Shown here piece by piece: positions 29,764 through 43,651 of a DNA stretch of 64,000 bases. The first letter of the stretch is position 1, and every line of letters begins with the position of its first letter. The stretch covers positions 258,639 through 322,638 of the forward strand of contig CAVRAW010000001.1 of assembly GCA_963719205.1 (NCBI GenBank), read 5' to 3'. The DNA is from Pirellulales bacterium (GTDB taxonomy: Bacteria; Planctomycetota; Planctomycetia; Pirellulales; JADZDJ01). The position numbers and the translations under genes are program-made. A model generated the notes under the pieces. That model did not search any database. It was not told the origin of the DNA and saw only the letters and a list, made by a program, of their open reading frames with translations.

Positions 29764-31194
29764 ATGTCTTCGTTAGTGACGCCAGCGATCGCGGTGGGCT
29801 CGACTTTGCTGGCCGTGGCTCTGTTTACACCCCGCACCCAACCGCCAGCGCTGCAACAAGTCCCTGCGGCACGCTTCGAGGCGCCGTGGACACCTTCCTA
29901 TGCGCCGCCGCATGGCGCGTTGACTTCGTCGTCGGCCAACAATTCTGCGCCATCCGAAACGTCTACGATTGGCCGCGACGGCAAGCAGCTATCGGCCGAC
30001 GAGATCGCCCTGGGCGAAAAAATCCGCAAGACCCTGACGCTCTACGAACCAAAACGACTCAATGCCCGCGATCAAAGCTCGTGGGAGGTCATGCACAATT
30101 TGATCGCCTTTGGCCCGCGCACCGAAATCTACCGCGACGGCCCCGGCGGCCAGACGGTCAACGCCATGGGTTGGCTGTGTTACGGCGGACGCTGCCAGGG
30201 ACAACCGATGATCGTCCTGCAGGGCGGCAATCCGCACGGCCTGCGCGGCGTCGGGCTGCAAGGGCATGAAGGGCAGTTCCTCGGCATGTTGGCGCAGTGG
30301 AAAGTTCTGCCACAAAGCCCCATGCGCATCGACGGCAAGGATTGCACCGTGGCCGACTTCATCGAAGAAGAAAAGGCCACCTGCCAAAGCGGCACCGAGC
30401 TGACGTTCAAATTGATCGCGCTGGCCCATTATTTGCCCAGCGACGCCACCTGGAAAAGCCGCAACGGCGAAGACTGGTCGATTCCCAAATTGATTCGAGC
30501 CGAGATCGAAGCCCCCATTCACGGCGCCGCCTGCGGCGGAACGCATCGCCTGTTCGGCATCGCCAACGCGGTCAAAGAACGCACCAAGCGCGGCGAACCA
30601 ATCGACGGACAATGGGCCCGGGCCGCCAAATACACCGCCGACTATCAACGCTATACGTTGGCCAACCTTGTGAATCCAGACGGCAGCTTCAGCACCGAGT
30701 GGTTTAACACGCCGGCCGATCGCCCCAACGACATCGACCGCAAGTTGCAAACCACCGGGCACATACTGGAGTGGCTCGTCTGGTCGCTGCCCGATGACCA
30801 ACTGCATGATCCGCAGGTCGAAAAGACCGTGAATTTTCTGTCCGGAATCTTGGTGGACAATCCTGATCGCTCGTGGAGCATCGGCCCAATGGGTCACGGC
30901 CTGCACGCTCTGATGATTTATCACCAGCGCATGTACAAGGATTTGCCGCTGCCGACGGAAACAGTCGCGGGTCAACCGTACAAAGCGCCGGTGAAGGTGG
31001 CTTCGGTACAGAATCCGCCGGAGCCAGCCTGCGAGCAGGAAAATGGGACCCTTCCCGAAATGATCCAGCCCGCCAAACCCGCCGCGCCGCGTCGCGAAGC
31101 CCGCCTCCCATCGATGCCGGACGAACTATTGCAGCTAACCCGTCGCCCCCTGGAAGTGTCGCCGCTCACTTCGGCGGCGTCCGCCTCAGAATAA
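29764..31194 (+). CDS. Hypothetical membrane-anchored or secreted protein
   Basis: The ORF spans 29560..31194. ATG 29764 gives MSSLVTPAIAVGSTLLAVALF (TM or signal). The clean frame has high third-position GC. No family recognised. Confidence 0.7.
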   Translation: MSSLVTPAIAVGSTLLAVALFTPRTQPPALQQVPAARFEAPWTPSYAPPHGALTSSSANNSAPSETSTIGRDGKQLSADEIALGEKIRKTLTLYEPKRLNARDQSSWEVMHNLIAFGPRTEIYRDGPGGQTVNAMGWLCYGGRCQGQPMIVLQGGNPHGLRGVGLQGHEGQFLGMLAQWKVLPQSPMRIDGKDCTVADFIEEEKATCQSGTELTFKLIALAHYLPSDATWKSRNGEDWSIPKLIRAEIEAPIHGAACGGTHRLFGIANAVKERTKRGEPIDGQWARAAKYTADYQRYTLANLVNPDGSFSTEWFNTPADRPNDIDRKLQTTGHILEWLVWSLPDDQLHDPQVEKTVNFLSGILVDNPDRSWSIGPMGHGLHALMIYHQRMYKDLPLPTETVAGQPYKAPVKVASVQNPPEPACEQENGTLPEMIQPAKPAAPRREARLPSMPDELLQLTRRPLEVSPLTSAASASE

Positions 31195-31216
31195 AACAGT
31201 GGTACCTTGCGTAAGA

Positions 31217-31249
31217 AGCTCAGGGTTTCACGCCCCTGGGCTTTTTTTA
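31217..31249 (+). terminator. Rho-independent terminator
   Basis: agctcaggg (31217-31225) pairs with ccctgggct (31234-31242) with one mismatch, followed by a T7 run. It lies 23 nt after the stop of 29764..31194. Confidence 0.75.
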
Positions 31250-31349
31250 TTGGTGGGCAGTCACCGGTTCCGGCAACTTTTGCCCGCTCTTGCCCGGCCG
31301 CATAAGATTCCTTCGCTAGTGCAAATGTGTTGCAACTATGGAGGATGCC

Positions 31350-32403
31350 ATGCGTACCCGCGAAGCGAATGCCGAGCAACTGCTGCGGCTGATTCAGAGC
31401 GATTCAAATGCGAAGTCGGGCGGGCATGCAGATTCGGAGCACGAAAAGCCCGCAGCGCAAGCAAGGGCAACCGCTGTCGACGACGCGAACTTGTTGGACG
31501 CCTATTCGCAGGCGGTCATCCACGTGGTCGAAACGGTGGGCCGTGCCACGATCGGCATCATGCCGCCGCGCGCTGCTCGCAATGGCGGCCAAGGCTCCGG
31601 CTTTGTGATCACGCCCGACGGCTACGCGCTGACCAATAGCCACGTGGCGCATGGCCGCAACAAGCTGACCGCCAGCACGAAGGAAGGGGATCGGCTCGAT
31701 GCCGAATTGATCGGCGACGATCCGGCGACCGACCTGGCCCTGGTACGCTTGGCGGCGCGCGATCTGCCCATCTGCACGCTGGGGGATTCCGACGCCCTGC
31801 GCGTCGGCCAACTGGTGATCGCCATCGGCAACCCGCTGGGCTTCGATTCCACGGTATCGACCGGCGTGGTCAGCGCCGTGGGACGCAGCATGCGCTCGCA
31901 GGACGGCCGGCTGATCGAAAGCATCATCCAGCACACCGCCCCGCTGAACCCCGGCAACAGCGGCGGCCCGCTGGTAGATAGCCGGGGCCATGTGGTCGGC
32001 GTCAATACGGCGGTGATTCCGATGGCGCAAAGCATCGGCTTTTCCGTGCCGGCGAACACCGCGCTGGGTAATCGGCGAATTGATCTCGCACGGCCGTGTG
32101 CGGCGCCCCTACCTGGGCATCTCCGCCAGCGTGGCCCCCATTGAACGCCGCCTGGTGCGCGAACTCGATTTGCTGGCCGACCGCGCCGTGCAAGTCATGG
32201 GCGTGGAACCAAATGGCCCGGCGCAACAATCCGGCGTGGAACCCAACGACCTGATCACCGCCGTGAACGACCGCCTGGTCACGTCCGTCGACGACCTGCA
32301 CCAACTCCTCTCCCGCTTGCCCGTGGATAAGCCCATCACGCTTTCCATCCTGCGGGATGACTTAGTGATGAGTGTTCACGTGCAACCTGCGCTGAGTCGC
32401 TAA
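31350..32403 (+). pseudogene. HtrA/DegP-family serine protease with PDZ domain, frameshifted
   Basis: ggagga lies 6 nt before ATG 31350. Catalytic motifs are ..GSGFVITPDGYALTNSHV.., ..DLALVRL.. and ..NPGNSGGPLVD.. The first ORF ends ..GFSVPANTA. The continuation WVIGELISHGRVRRPYLGISAS plus the PDZ domain is in ORF 32080..32403. The break is at accGCGCtgg ~32059-32066. Confidence 0.85.
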
Positions 32404-32410
32404 CTATTTA

Positions 32411-32434
32411 GCCCCCGGTGAATACACCGGGGGC
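32411..32434 (+). terminator. GC-rich stem-loop after the protease gene (no T-tail)
   Basis: gcccccggtg (32411-32420) pairs with caccgggggc (32425-32434) around loop aata. It starts 8 nt after the stop. Confidence 0.5.
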
Positions 32435-32660
32435 AATCCGCGCACCACTACAACGAATCACCCTGCCTGATTCCGCGCACTTTGCGTTTGTGCCGTTCAT
32501 CCGTATCCATCTGTAATTCCTGGATTCTGATTTTCTTTGCGACTTTGGCGCCTTTGCATGAGCAGTTCTGTCTTGCCGTTGCTGGCTTATCCGTCGGACT
32601 TTAGAATCAGTTCCTTCCGATGGACCATCACTGAAGAGCCACAGCGTCAGGACTTTCTTA

Positions 32661-34494
32661 ATGAGCCAGGCTCTGCCACGAGAAAATCGCGCGGCGGATA
32701 CTCTGCCCTCGTGGCGCGGCACGCTGTTTAGCCTGGTGCCGGCGCTTGATTCGTTGCGCACCTACTCGTATCGCACGCTCATGGCCGACACCATGGCCGG
32801 CCTCACCGTGGCCGCCGTCGCCGTGCCCCAGGCGATGGCCTACGCCCAAATCGCCAATATCCCGCCGCAATACGGCCTGTACACTGCGATTGTGATGACG
32901 GCCGTCGGCGCCCTGTTCGATTCGTCGAAGCAATTGATCAATGGGCCCACCAACGCCATTTCGATCGCCATCTTCAGTGCCATTGTAGGCTTTGGCGAAG
33001 CGGAACGCATTCCGGCCGTGATCATGCTGGCCCTGCTGGTGGGCGTGGTGCAAACCGGCATTTCGCTGTTGCGCCTGGGCGATTTGTCGCGCTATATTTC
33101 GCATTCCGTGATCGTGGGCTTCACCTTGGGCGCCTCCCTGCTGTTGGTGATGGATCAGTTCAAGCACCTGCTGGGGCTGCCGGCGATGGGAACCGGCGAA
33201 GATCACTTTCTCAAGCGGTTTTACTTGACCGTCTCCCACATCGATCTCACGAATCGCCCGACACTCTGGATAGGACTGGGCACGATCGGCATTGCGCTGT
33301 TGCTGCGATGGGTGAATGTCATGCTGCGCATTCGGTTGCCGGAGCTGCTCGTGGCGCTCATCTGCGTGACGTTCATCGTCGGCAAACTGCATTTGGACGA
33401 GGAAGGTGTGAAAATCGTCGGCACAATTCCCGCCAAGCTCCCCTCATTCGAATTGCCGACGCTTGACTGGACTTGGGTGCGCCAGTTGACCGGCAGCACG
33501 CTGGCCATTGCGCTGTTGGGATTGTTGGAGGCGATCTCGATGGCCAAAGCGATCGCCGCGCAGACGGGACAGAAACTGGACATCAATCAGCAGTGCTTGA
33601 GCGAAGGCGTGGCGAATCTGGCAGGCAGCCTGTTCCACTGCTTCCCCGGAAGCGGCTCGCTGACTCGCTCCACGGTGAACCAGCAAGCCGGCGCAGACGC
33701 AGTGGTCGGGCGTAATTTCGGCCGCCGCGGTGGGGCTGACCGTCGTTCTGTTCGCGCCGTATGCCAACTTCATTCCGAAATCGGGCCTGGCGGGCATTCT
33801 GATGCTGGCCTCCTGGCGGCTGGTCGACAGGCAACAGTTGGTCTACTACCTGCGCACTACAAGGTTCGATGCGTGGATCGTGGCAATCACCGCGATCTCG
33901 GCGGTGGCCATCTCCGTCGAATTCTGCGTGCTCATCGGGGTGCTGATGTCGTTTATCCTGTACGTGCCGCAGGCGGCGCGGGTGCGGATCACCGAACTGG
34001 TGCTCACGCCGGAACGGGTGATTCGCGAACGAATCCCCGCCGACGTGCCGTGCAGCCGCATTCGCATTTTCAGTCTGGAAGGGGAACTGTTCTTCGGGGC
34101 CTCGCCGGAATTGGAAGAACATTTCGACTACATCTCGCACCTCGCCGAAGATGGCATGCGCGTGATCGTGCTGCGGCTCAAGCGGGCCCGCAATCCCGAC
34201 GCGGTGTGCATGAGCGTGCTGGATCGCTTCATCGACCGCATGCAGGCGGCCGGCGTGACGGTGCTTTTGTGTGGCGTGCGGCCGGAAATCCTAAAAGTGC
34301 TCGAAGCCAGCGGTTTGGCCGATCGAGTGGGTCACGACCGCATCTTCGTATTTGAAGACACTGGCAAATTCTGGACCAGCACGATGGATGCGGTGCAATA
34401 TGCCTATCAGGTCATCGGCAACGACGTCTGCGAAACCTGCCCGCGCCACGGCGAAGGATTGAACGAGAAGGAAGGCTGGTACTATTTGATCTGA
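32661..34494 (+). pseudogene. SulP-family anion transporter with C-terminal STAS domain, frameshifted
   Basis: ..AGLTVAAVAVPQAMAYAQIANIPPQYGLYTA... runs to ..GSLTRSTVNQQAGA (ORF 32661..), after which that frame becomes an Arg-rich nonsense tail. The real continuation TQWSGVISAAAVGLTVVLFAPYANFIP... plus the STAS domain (..IRIFSLEGELFFGA..VIVLRLKRARNPD..) is in ORF 33730..34494. The break is at ccgGCGCAgac ~33690-33700. Confidence 0.9.
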
Positions 34495-34512
34495 TGGCCA
34501 CGCCCTTTGGCC

Positions 34513-35070
34513 TCACTTCGGCACAAAGCTGGTGACCCGCCACTGCGCATCGGCGCCGGTCGGAGTGATGCGGTGGTATTGGGCCGGGTAGCCGTAGTGC
34601 GGATCGAACAGGCCGTGTGGATAGACAGGCTGAGTGGCTGGCGTCGCTGAAGGCTGCCCAGAAGCCGTCTTCGGCAGCAGGCAGCTTTCCAGGTCGCGCT
34701 GGATGATTGCAAACAAGCCGGGGACCGACCAGTTGTCCCAAATGTGCGGCTTCGTGGGGCGGCCGTTCAGCGTCATGGCGGTTACTTGACCGCCGCGCAC
34801 TTCGACATGGGCCTGGCCGGGATTGATGCCGGTCAGTTCCAGGTCCATGTCGTAATCGGCCGGACCATGGGCCACCCAGCGCTGGGTGGCAGCGTTCAAT
34901 TCGTCGAAGCCGAACTTGGGCAACGGCTCGCGGCGGGCGACGGCTAGCACCACGGCTCCGATCGTTGCTCCTGTGAGCGAACCTAGAACCAGCCCCAAAG
35001 CGATGTTCCGCAGCCGCGTTGGCCTACGGCGAGGCGGCGGCGGTTCATTCTGGTCGCTGGAGTTCATCAT
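34513..35070 (-). CDS. Hypothetical single-pass membrane protein
   Basis: I start at MMNSSDQNEPPPPRRRPTRLRNIALGLVLGSLTGATIGAVVLAV (TM helix). No family recognised. Confidence 0.6.
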   Translation of the reverse strand: MMNSSDQNEPPPPRRRPTRLRNIALGLVLGSLTGATIGAVVLAVARREPLPKFGFDELNAATQRWVAHGPADYDMDLELTGINPGQAHVEVRGGQVTAMTLNGRPTKPHIWDNWSVPGLFAIIQRDLESCLLPKTASGQPSATPATQPVYPHGLFDPHYGYPAQYHRITPTGADAQWRVTSFVPK

Positions 35071-35227
35071 CTCGCTGGATTGTAGCCGATTGCGGGCATG
35101 GCAGCCGGAAATGCCCGCAGCGATCTCCGAACGCCTCAACCCCGACCCTTGTCATGCTTGCCGCCAGATTTCAGAATGACGCATCGACATTTTGGACATT
35201 TCGACCCTTTGACTTTACGACCCCATC

Positions 35228-36442
35228 ATGCCTAGCTGCGTTTTGGCTTACTCCGGCGGATTAGATACCTCGGTCATTCTTGGCTGGCTGCAGGAGGAGG
35301 GCTATCAGGTCCATGCCGTCTACGTGGACCTGGGACAGCCGTGCGAAGACCGCGAGGCCATCTTGAAGAAGGCGAAAGACTGCGGTGCGGTGTCGGCGCG
35401 GGTCGTGGACGCCCAGGAAGAACTTTGCCGCGATTTCGCTTTCCCCGTTTTGCAATGGCAGGCCAAGTACGAAGGCATTTATCTGTTGGGCACGTCGATT
35501 GCCCGGCCGCTGATCACGAAGAAGTGCCTGCAGGTGGCGCGGGAAGTGAAGGCGGATGCCTATGCGCATGGCGCCACGGGCAAGGGAAACGATCAATGCC
35601 GCTTCCAATTGGCGGCCGACGCGCTCGCGCCCGGCACTCAAGTGATCGCCCCCTGGCGGATCGAAAAATTCCGCCAGCGCTTTCCGGGTCGGAAGGAAAT
35701 GATCGCCTTCTGCGAACAGAAGAAGATTCCGGTGAAGGCCTCTGTCGCCAAGCCGTATTCGAGCGACGAGAACTGTCTGCACATCAGTTACGAGGCGGGG
35801 AAGCTGGAAGACTTGACCGTCAACGGCGTCGAGCTGGTTGATTTCGGGATGACCGTCTCGCCGCAGCAAGCGCCGGACAAGGTCGAGACCATCACCATCG
35901 GTTTTCATGCCGGAGTGCCCACGACTCTGAACGGCCAGAAGAGATCGGCGCTGGCGATGGTGCAAGAACTGAATAAAATCGGCGGCCGCAACGGCATCGG
36001 GCGGATCGACATCGTCGAAAATCGATTCGTGGGCATGAAAAGCCGCGGCGTTTACGAAGCCCCGGGCTTGACCATCCTCTACGCCGCCCACCTGGCGCTC
36101 GAGCAATTGACGCTGGACCGCGATCTGACGCACCTGCGCGATCAACTTTCGCCGCAAGTGGCCGAAATGGTTTACTACGGCTTCTGGTACACGGCCAAAT
36201 TGGACGCCTTGATGGCCTTCATTCGCGAAGCGCAAAAAAACGTCGACGGCGAGGTAACCCTGAACTTGTACAAAGGCAACATCATCGTCGCCGGCCGCTC
36301 TAGCCCCAAAAGCCTGTACGACGCGGGCATCGCCAGCATGGAAGGCGGCGGCAGCTACAACCAAACCGACGCAGAAGGATTCTTAAAAATCCAAGGCCTC
36401 CCCCTGCGCGTTCAAGGCCGCGTGACACCGCGCAAGTTCTAA
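35228..36442 (+). CDS. argG: Argininosuccinate synthase
   Basis: ..VLAYSGGLDTSV.. is the ATP-binding motif. ..AYAHGATGKGNDQCRF.., ..APWR.. and ..YSSDENCLHISYE.. also match, and the 404-aa length is typical. Confidence 0.95.
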   Translation: MPSCVLAYSGGLDTSVILGWLQEEGYQVHAVYVDLGQPCEDREAILKKAKDCGAVSARVVDAQEELCRDFAFPVLQWQAKYEGIYLLGTSIARPLITKKCLQVAREVKADAYAHGATGKGNDQCRFQLAADALAPGTQVIAPWRIEKFRQRFPGRKEMIAFCEQKKIPVKASVAKPYSSDENCLHISYEAGKLEDLTVNGVELVDFGMTVSPQQAPDKVETITIGFHAGVPTTLNGQKRSALAMVQELNKIGGRNGIGRIDIVENRFVGMKSRGVYEAPGLTILYAAHLALEQLTLDRDLTHLRDQLSPQVAEMVYYGFWYTAKLDALMAFIREAQKNVDGEVTLNLYKGNIIVAGRSSPKSLYDAGIASMEGGGSYNQTDAEGFLKIQGLPLRVQGRVTPRKF

Positions 36443-36451
36443 GCAGTTGTC

Positions 36452-36471
36452 TCACCACGGAGACACGGAGA
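36452..36471. repeat. Left arm of a 20-bp imperfect inverted repeat bracketing the low-GC orphan gene
   Basis: tcaccacggaGAcacggaga at 36452-36471. The reverse complement of 37624-37643 is tcaccacggaAGcacggaga (18/20 identical). It lies 10 nt after the argG stop, inside a ttgtctc/gagacaa hairpin (36447-36476). Confidence 0.6.
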
Positions 36472-36509
36472 GACAATTCTAATAAGGAAGCCACGAAAGC
36501 AGGAAAATC

Positions 36510-37523
36510 TTACTTTCCGGTCAGCATATGGGCGTCTGCTTTGTGGATTGAAAAGAAAGCCTCCGTAGAGAAAGTGTGTAGCTTTCGATACGTATTCATC
36601 ACCTCGAAGAATTTGGCCCCCAATATCGTTTGCCATTGAACTGTCGGAGGAGCTGCATTGGAACTAATCGGATGGTCGAAATGCAGCCGCACGACAACTG
36701 AATTATCTTTGGCTATGACGATCCCTGAATCGCCAAGAATTACTTCCGTGCCGGCAGTATCGCGATGAACCAAGACAGTGGATTTGACCGTGGCCTGCAA
36801 AAATGATGCAAATAATTCAAGTTCATCGACGTCTGGCGGGATCTGCTCGACCAAGCCTTGATCCATCACGACGCTGTTGAAGTAATGGATCTCCGCTAGT
36901 AGATAGAGCATTTTCAGGCAAATATAAAGTTGCTCGCCTTCCGCAACTGTGACGAAGTAAACCTCGCGAAACGGAGCTTCCGAGATTGCCGCAACAAGCT
37001 CAGGAACGAAATAGGTACGATAGAAATCTGATTTGCGAATTAGACGGAGCACTTCGGTTCTATCGTGAATGATGAGATTCACGTGCGATAAATCGGTCAT
37101 AGAGGCTCGCATCCTGTTTGCCTTTTGACCGATCCTTTCGGCAACTTGTCGAGCGCACTCACAAGGTGATGGCAATTTCTGAATTATTGCCCGCACGCCG
37201 CTCGCATGGACAGAATTGTCTTCTCGTAGAACATCGACCTCCCCAACGCTCAGAGTGGTTCGATCAACCTTGTCTTCAATATCGTGACCATCCAACAATC
37301 GTCCCGAATACCCCGGTTTGCGACCAAGCCGTACGCTCGTTTCCGAGTGATAGAAATCTGTGACTTCGACGCCAAAATACGGTGAATTCGGAAAACACTG
37401 CACCAGAAAATCTGGAAACTTGTCACCATTTCCTTTAACGTCGTTGAGCGTACGGCCGCCATACACCCTATCAAAGGTCTGTCTTTCCCACTGTGCTTTC
37501 AAGTCGGCAGGCATATGTGACAC
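36510..37523 (-). CDS. Orphan hypothetical protein in a low-GC segment
   Basis: This is a 337-aa ORF with no competing ORFs. Two 60-nt lines I counted by hand (36541-36600 and 36601-36660) are 24/60 and 30/60 G+C, clearly lower than neighbouring genes by eye. No family recognised. The N-terminal ..KFPDFLVQ..FGVEVTDFYH.. faintly recalls a PD-(D/E)xK nuclease core but lacks the Lys. Confidence 0.7.
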   Translation of the reverse strand: MSHMPADLKAQWERQTFDRVYGGRTLNDVKGNGDKFPDFLVQCFPNSPYFGVEVTDFYHSETSVRLGRKPGYSGRLLDGHDIEDKVDRTTLSVGEVDVLREDNSVHASGVRAIIQKLPSPCECARQVAERIGQKANRMRASMTDLSHVNLIIHDRTEVLRLIRKSDFYRTYFVPELVAAISEAPFREVYFVTVAEGEQLYICLKMLYLLAEIHYFNSVVMDQGLVEQIPPDVDELELFASFLQATVKSTVLVHRDTAGTEVILGDSGIVIAKDNSVVVRLHFDHPISSNAAPPTVQWQTILGAKFFEVMNTYRKLHTFSTEAFFSIHKADAHMLTGK

Positions 37524-37623
37524 TCTTTACAAGCCGAATCATACCCAGGGCCTGATGTTCCTGCAGGATTTCCTGCCGTCCTGGCTTCCTCACGATAACT
37601 TCCCGTCTGTCTGCTGCTCTGTG

Positions 37624-37643
37624 TCTCCGTGCTTCCGTGGTGA
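37624..37643. repeat. Right arm of the 20-bp imperfect inverted repeat
   Basis: tctccgtgcttccgtggtga at 37624-37643, 11 nt downstream (on the minus strand) of the metH stop. It pairs with 36452-36471. Confidence 0.6.
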
Positions 37644-37653
37644 AATGCCGGTC

Positions 37654-41352
<3,699 letters not shown>

Positions 41353-41585
41353 ACTTAATAGTCAAATGATACGCTGCGGCGCGTGGAGATGCTGCAGCCA
41401 ACCGTCCAGGCCTCTGTTGTATCACCAGTTTACCCAACCTCGAAAGTCCCCGCTGTTGTGATACGGCTCAAGGTCGATATGACCGTTACCGATAAAAAAG
41501 ACAGCGCTAGTGCCTGCGCTGCCGGTGTCGGAATGCGCGAGCATTTTGCCGCCGCGGATCGCCGCATTGCTCGACTGAAAAACCT

Positions 41586-42531
41586 ATGGCCAATCAACCT
41601 GACATCGTTCAACCGCGGGTCCGCCGCTCGATTGGTGGAAACACCCCCGCCGCGCTGGCCGAACAGAGCACGCGCGTGCTGATTCGCGTGCCGAGGTTAT
41701 CGGGATCGGTGATTCAGACGCAGACCACACAAGGGCAGCTCACGCAACCGCATTCGATCAGGCCGCAGCCGATTCAGCCGCAAGCGATTCAGCCGCAGTC
41801 TGTCCAACCGCCGCGGGCGCTGGCCAAGCCGCTTTCCGCCGATCTGGCCCCCGCGCCCGCAACCGGCCAGCGATCGCACTATTCTACGACAACCGAGCAA
41901 CTGCAAGGTTCGGCGCCGCGGCCCGCGGCTCCGGCGTCGGCACCGTCAGTTTCGCGCTCGGCAGCTCGCATCGATGCCGCGCATACTGCGGGCAGCGGTC
42001 CGCATATGGCCGCGCCCGACTGGCTGAACGATCGCGCCGGCAAGACGAACTCGGTCGCCCAGACGCGGCTGTTGTTGGTCGTCGGGGCGGTCGCCGGATT
42101 TGCGCTGCGCGCTGACGTGGCATTCGCACGGAAGCCGCGTGCCAACGAGCCAAAACAGCGCCTCGCGCATCGAAGCGCCGTCGCAGGGCTCGACCGACAA
42201 GCCTCGCTCGGCGGCCAACGTACCCGACACGGCTGCGGCCGAATCCAACGCTCCGGCGCAGATTCCGCAGGCGCAGGTTTCGCAAAACAACGTCGGTCCG
42301 GCGATCTCCAAGGAATCGACGATTTCCACATGGCAGTGGAATCCCAAGGGTGCGGCGAACTCGCCGGCGACGATTGGACAAAGCGAAGATCGCATCTCGG
42401 AAAATGAATCGACCAGCGCGGCCAGCCCCGCGACGCCAGACGACGTGCAGAACAGCGATCCTTCGCGCGCCGCCTGGTTGCAAGGCACGATCGACAACGT
42501 CCATTCGACTCCAGCCCCGGTGCAACGATGA
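41586..42531 (+). pseudogene. Pro/Gln/Ser-rich single-pass membrane protein, frameshifted
   Basis: ORF 41586.. is sensible up to the TM helix TRLLLVVGAVAGFAL. The Ser/Ala/Pro-rich continuation ..LTWHSHGSRVPTSQNSASRIEAPSQ...STPAPVQR is in ORF 42100..42531, whose TGA overlaps the next ATG (ATGA at 42528). The break is at ttGCGCtGCGCGCtg 42102-42114. No homology support is available to me. Confidence 0.55.
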
Positions 42532-43588
42532 GCGCAACCGATCAGGCCTTCATACGTGCGTACGCCGCGCCAGGCGCTCCGGCAATCTCCGCGCCGCTGA
42601 GAACAACGACAGCGACCAGCGAACATCCGGCAATCCTTTCCAGCCTGCCGACGCCGCAGGCCGGGGCCGCGGCCGCCCCTCAGGGACCTGCCATCAGCCC
42701 AGTTTCAAACTCGCGCACGACCAGCGTTCATATCGGTTTGGGTTCGGTGGTGCCGGCGCCGCACGCTGCGTTTGTGAGCAAGATCGCCGCCGCGATGGCC
42801 GCCGGGCAGCAGCAGACCACCAGCGGGACGACGTCGACCTTGTCTGCCGCGATGACCGGGCAAGCTTCTCGCGGGCCGCTCTCGGCATTCAGCAATCAAT
42901 TCTCGGCTGCCGCGACGACGCCGACCGCTCCGAGACCGGCGATGGAAATCGACGCGGCGCGCTGGCCGGCTACTTGCGAGCAACTGTTGTCGCGGCACGC
43001 GGATCGTTTCGCTCGCCTGGTGGAACAACTGCGCGGTGAAATTGCCTCGGGCGTGCGGACGCTGGCGATCACTGGGATGCACCGCCGCGAAGGGCGCACG
43101 ACATTGGCATTGTGCCTGGCGCGGCAACTGGCGGCGGCGAACATCAAGCTGGCGCTGGTGGACGCCGATTTCGCAAATCCGCGGCTGGCCAGCCAATTGA
43201 GCATCGGAGTGCATCGCGGCTGGGAAAGCGTCTTGTGCGGCGAGCAATCGCCCTGGGACGTGATGATCGAAGCGATGGCCGATGGCCTGGACTTATTGCC
43301 GCTGGGTGCGCCGGCGACGCCCGAGGAGGTTTCGATCGGCAGCTATCGCATTGCGGCCACGCTCAACGAATTGGACGAACACTATGACCTGGTGTTGATC
43401 GATGCGGGGCCGATCGCGCTGGACGGCGCCCCGCATTGGCTTTTCGACGCGGCTGCGGGAGTGCAAGCGATCATCCTGGCGTACGACGCGCGGCGGCAGC
43501 GCCCGGTCAAGTGGCTGCCGGATGTTTGCAATTGGCGCAAGCGGGCCTGCGGCAGTTGGGCCTGGCGGAAATGTTTGCCGACGAGTAG
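42528..43588 (+). pseudogene. CpsD/CapB-like (MinD/ParA-fold) P-loop protein with low-complexity N-terminus, frameshifted near the 3' end
   Basis: ..VRTLAITGMHRREGRTTLALCLARQLA..KLALVDADFANP..YDLVLIDAGP.. resembles the BY-kinase/ParA fold, but Walker A reads EGRTT instead of EGKST. After ..AYDARRQR the frame ending ..QVAAGCLQLAQAGLRQLGLAEMFADE with TAG at 43586-43588 is the sensible one. The listed ORF instead runs on to 43949 as Cys/Arg/Trp-rich nonsense across the next gene. Confidence 0.65.
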
Positions 43589-43651
43589 GAGCAGGCGGCT
43601 GGCGGCAGGCCGCAGGCAGCTAGGCGAGAAGATCAACAAAAAACTCAATCG

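Noticed and set aside
33700-34355. The Arg/Gly/His-rich 220-aa C-terminal part of ORF 32661..34355.
   Set aside because: It is an out-of-frame translation of the SulP C-terminal TM segments and STAS domain, which read correctly in ORF 33730..34494.
36510-37523. The orphan ORF considered as an IS transposase, given the terminal inverted repeats and ~1.2-kb size.
   Set aside because: I could identify no N-terminal HTH, no DDE/DEDD or serine/tyrosine recombinase motifs, and no target-site duplication. It is kept as a hypothesis in the findings but not annotated as a mobile element.
41353-41585. A possible SAM or cobalamin riboswitch in the divergent metH / 41586 intergenic region.
   Set aside because: I could not find the conserved B12 box or SAM-I helices by eye. 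B12-dependent metH is not the usual riboswitch target. This is not excluded without an Infernal scan.
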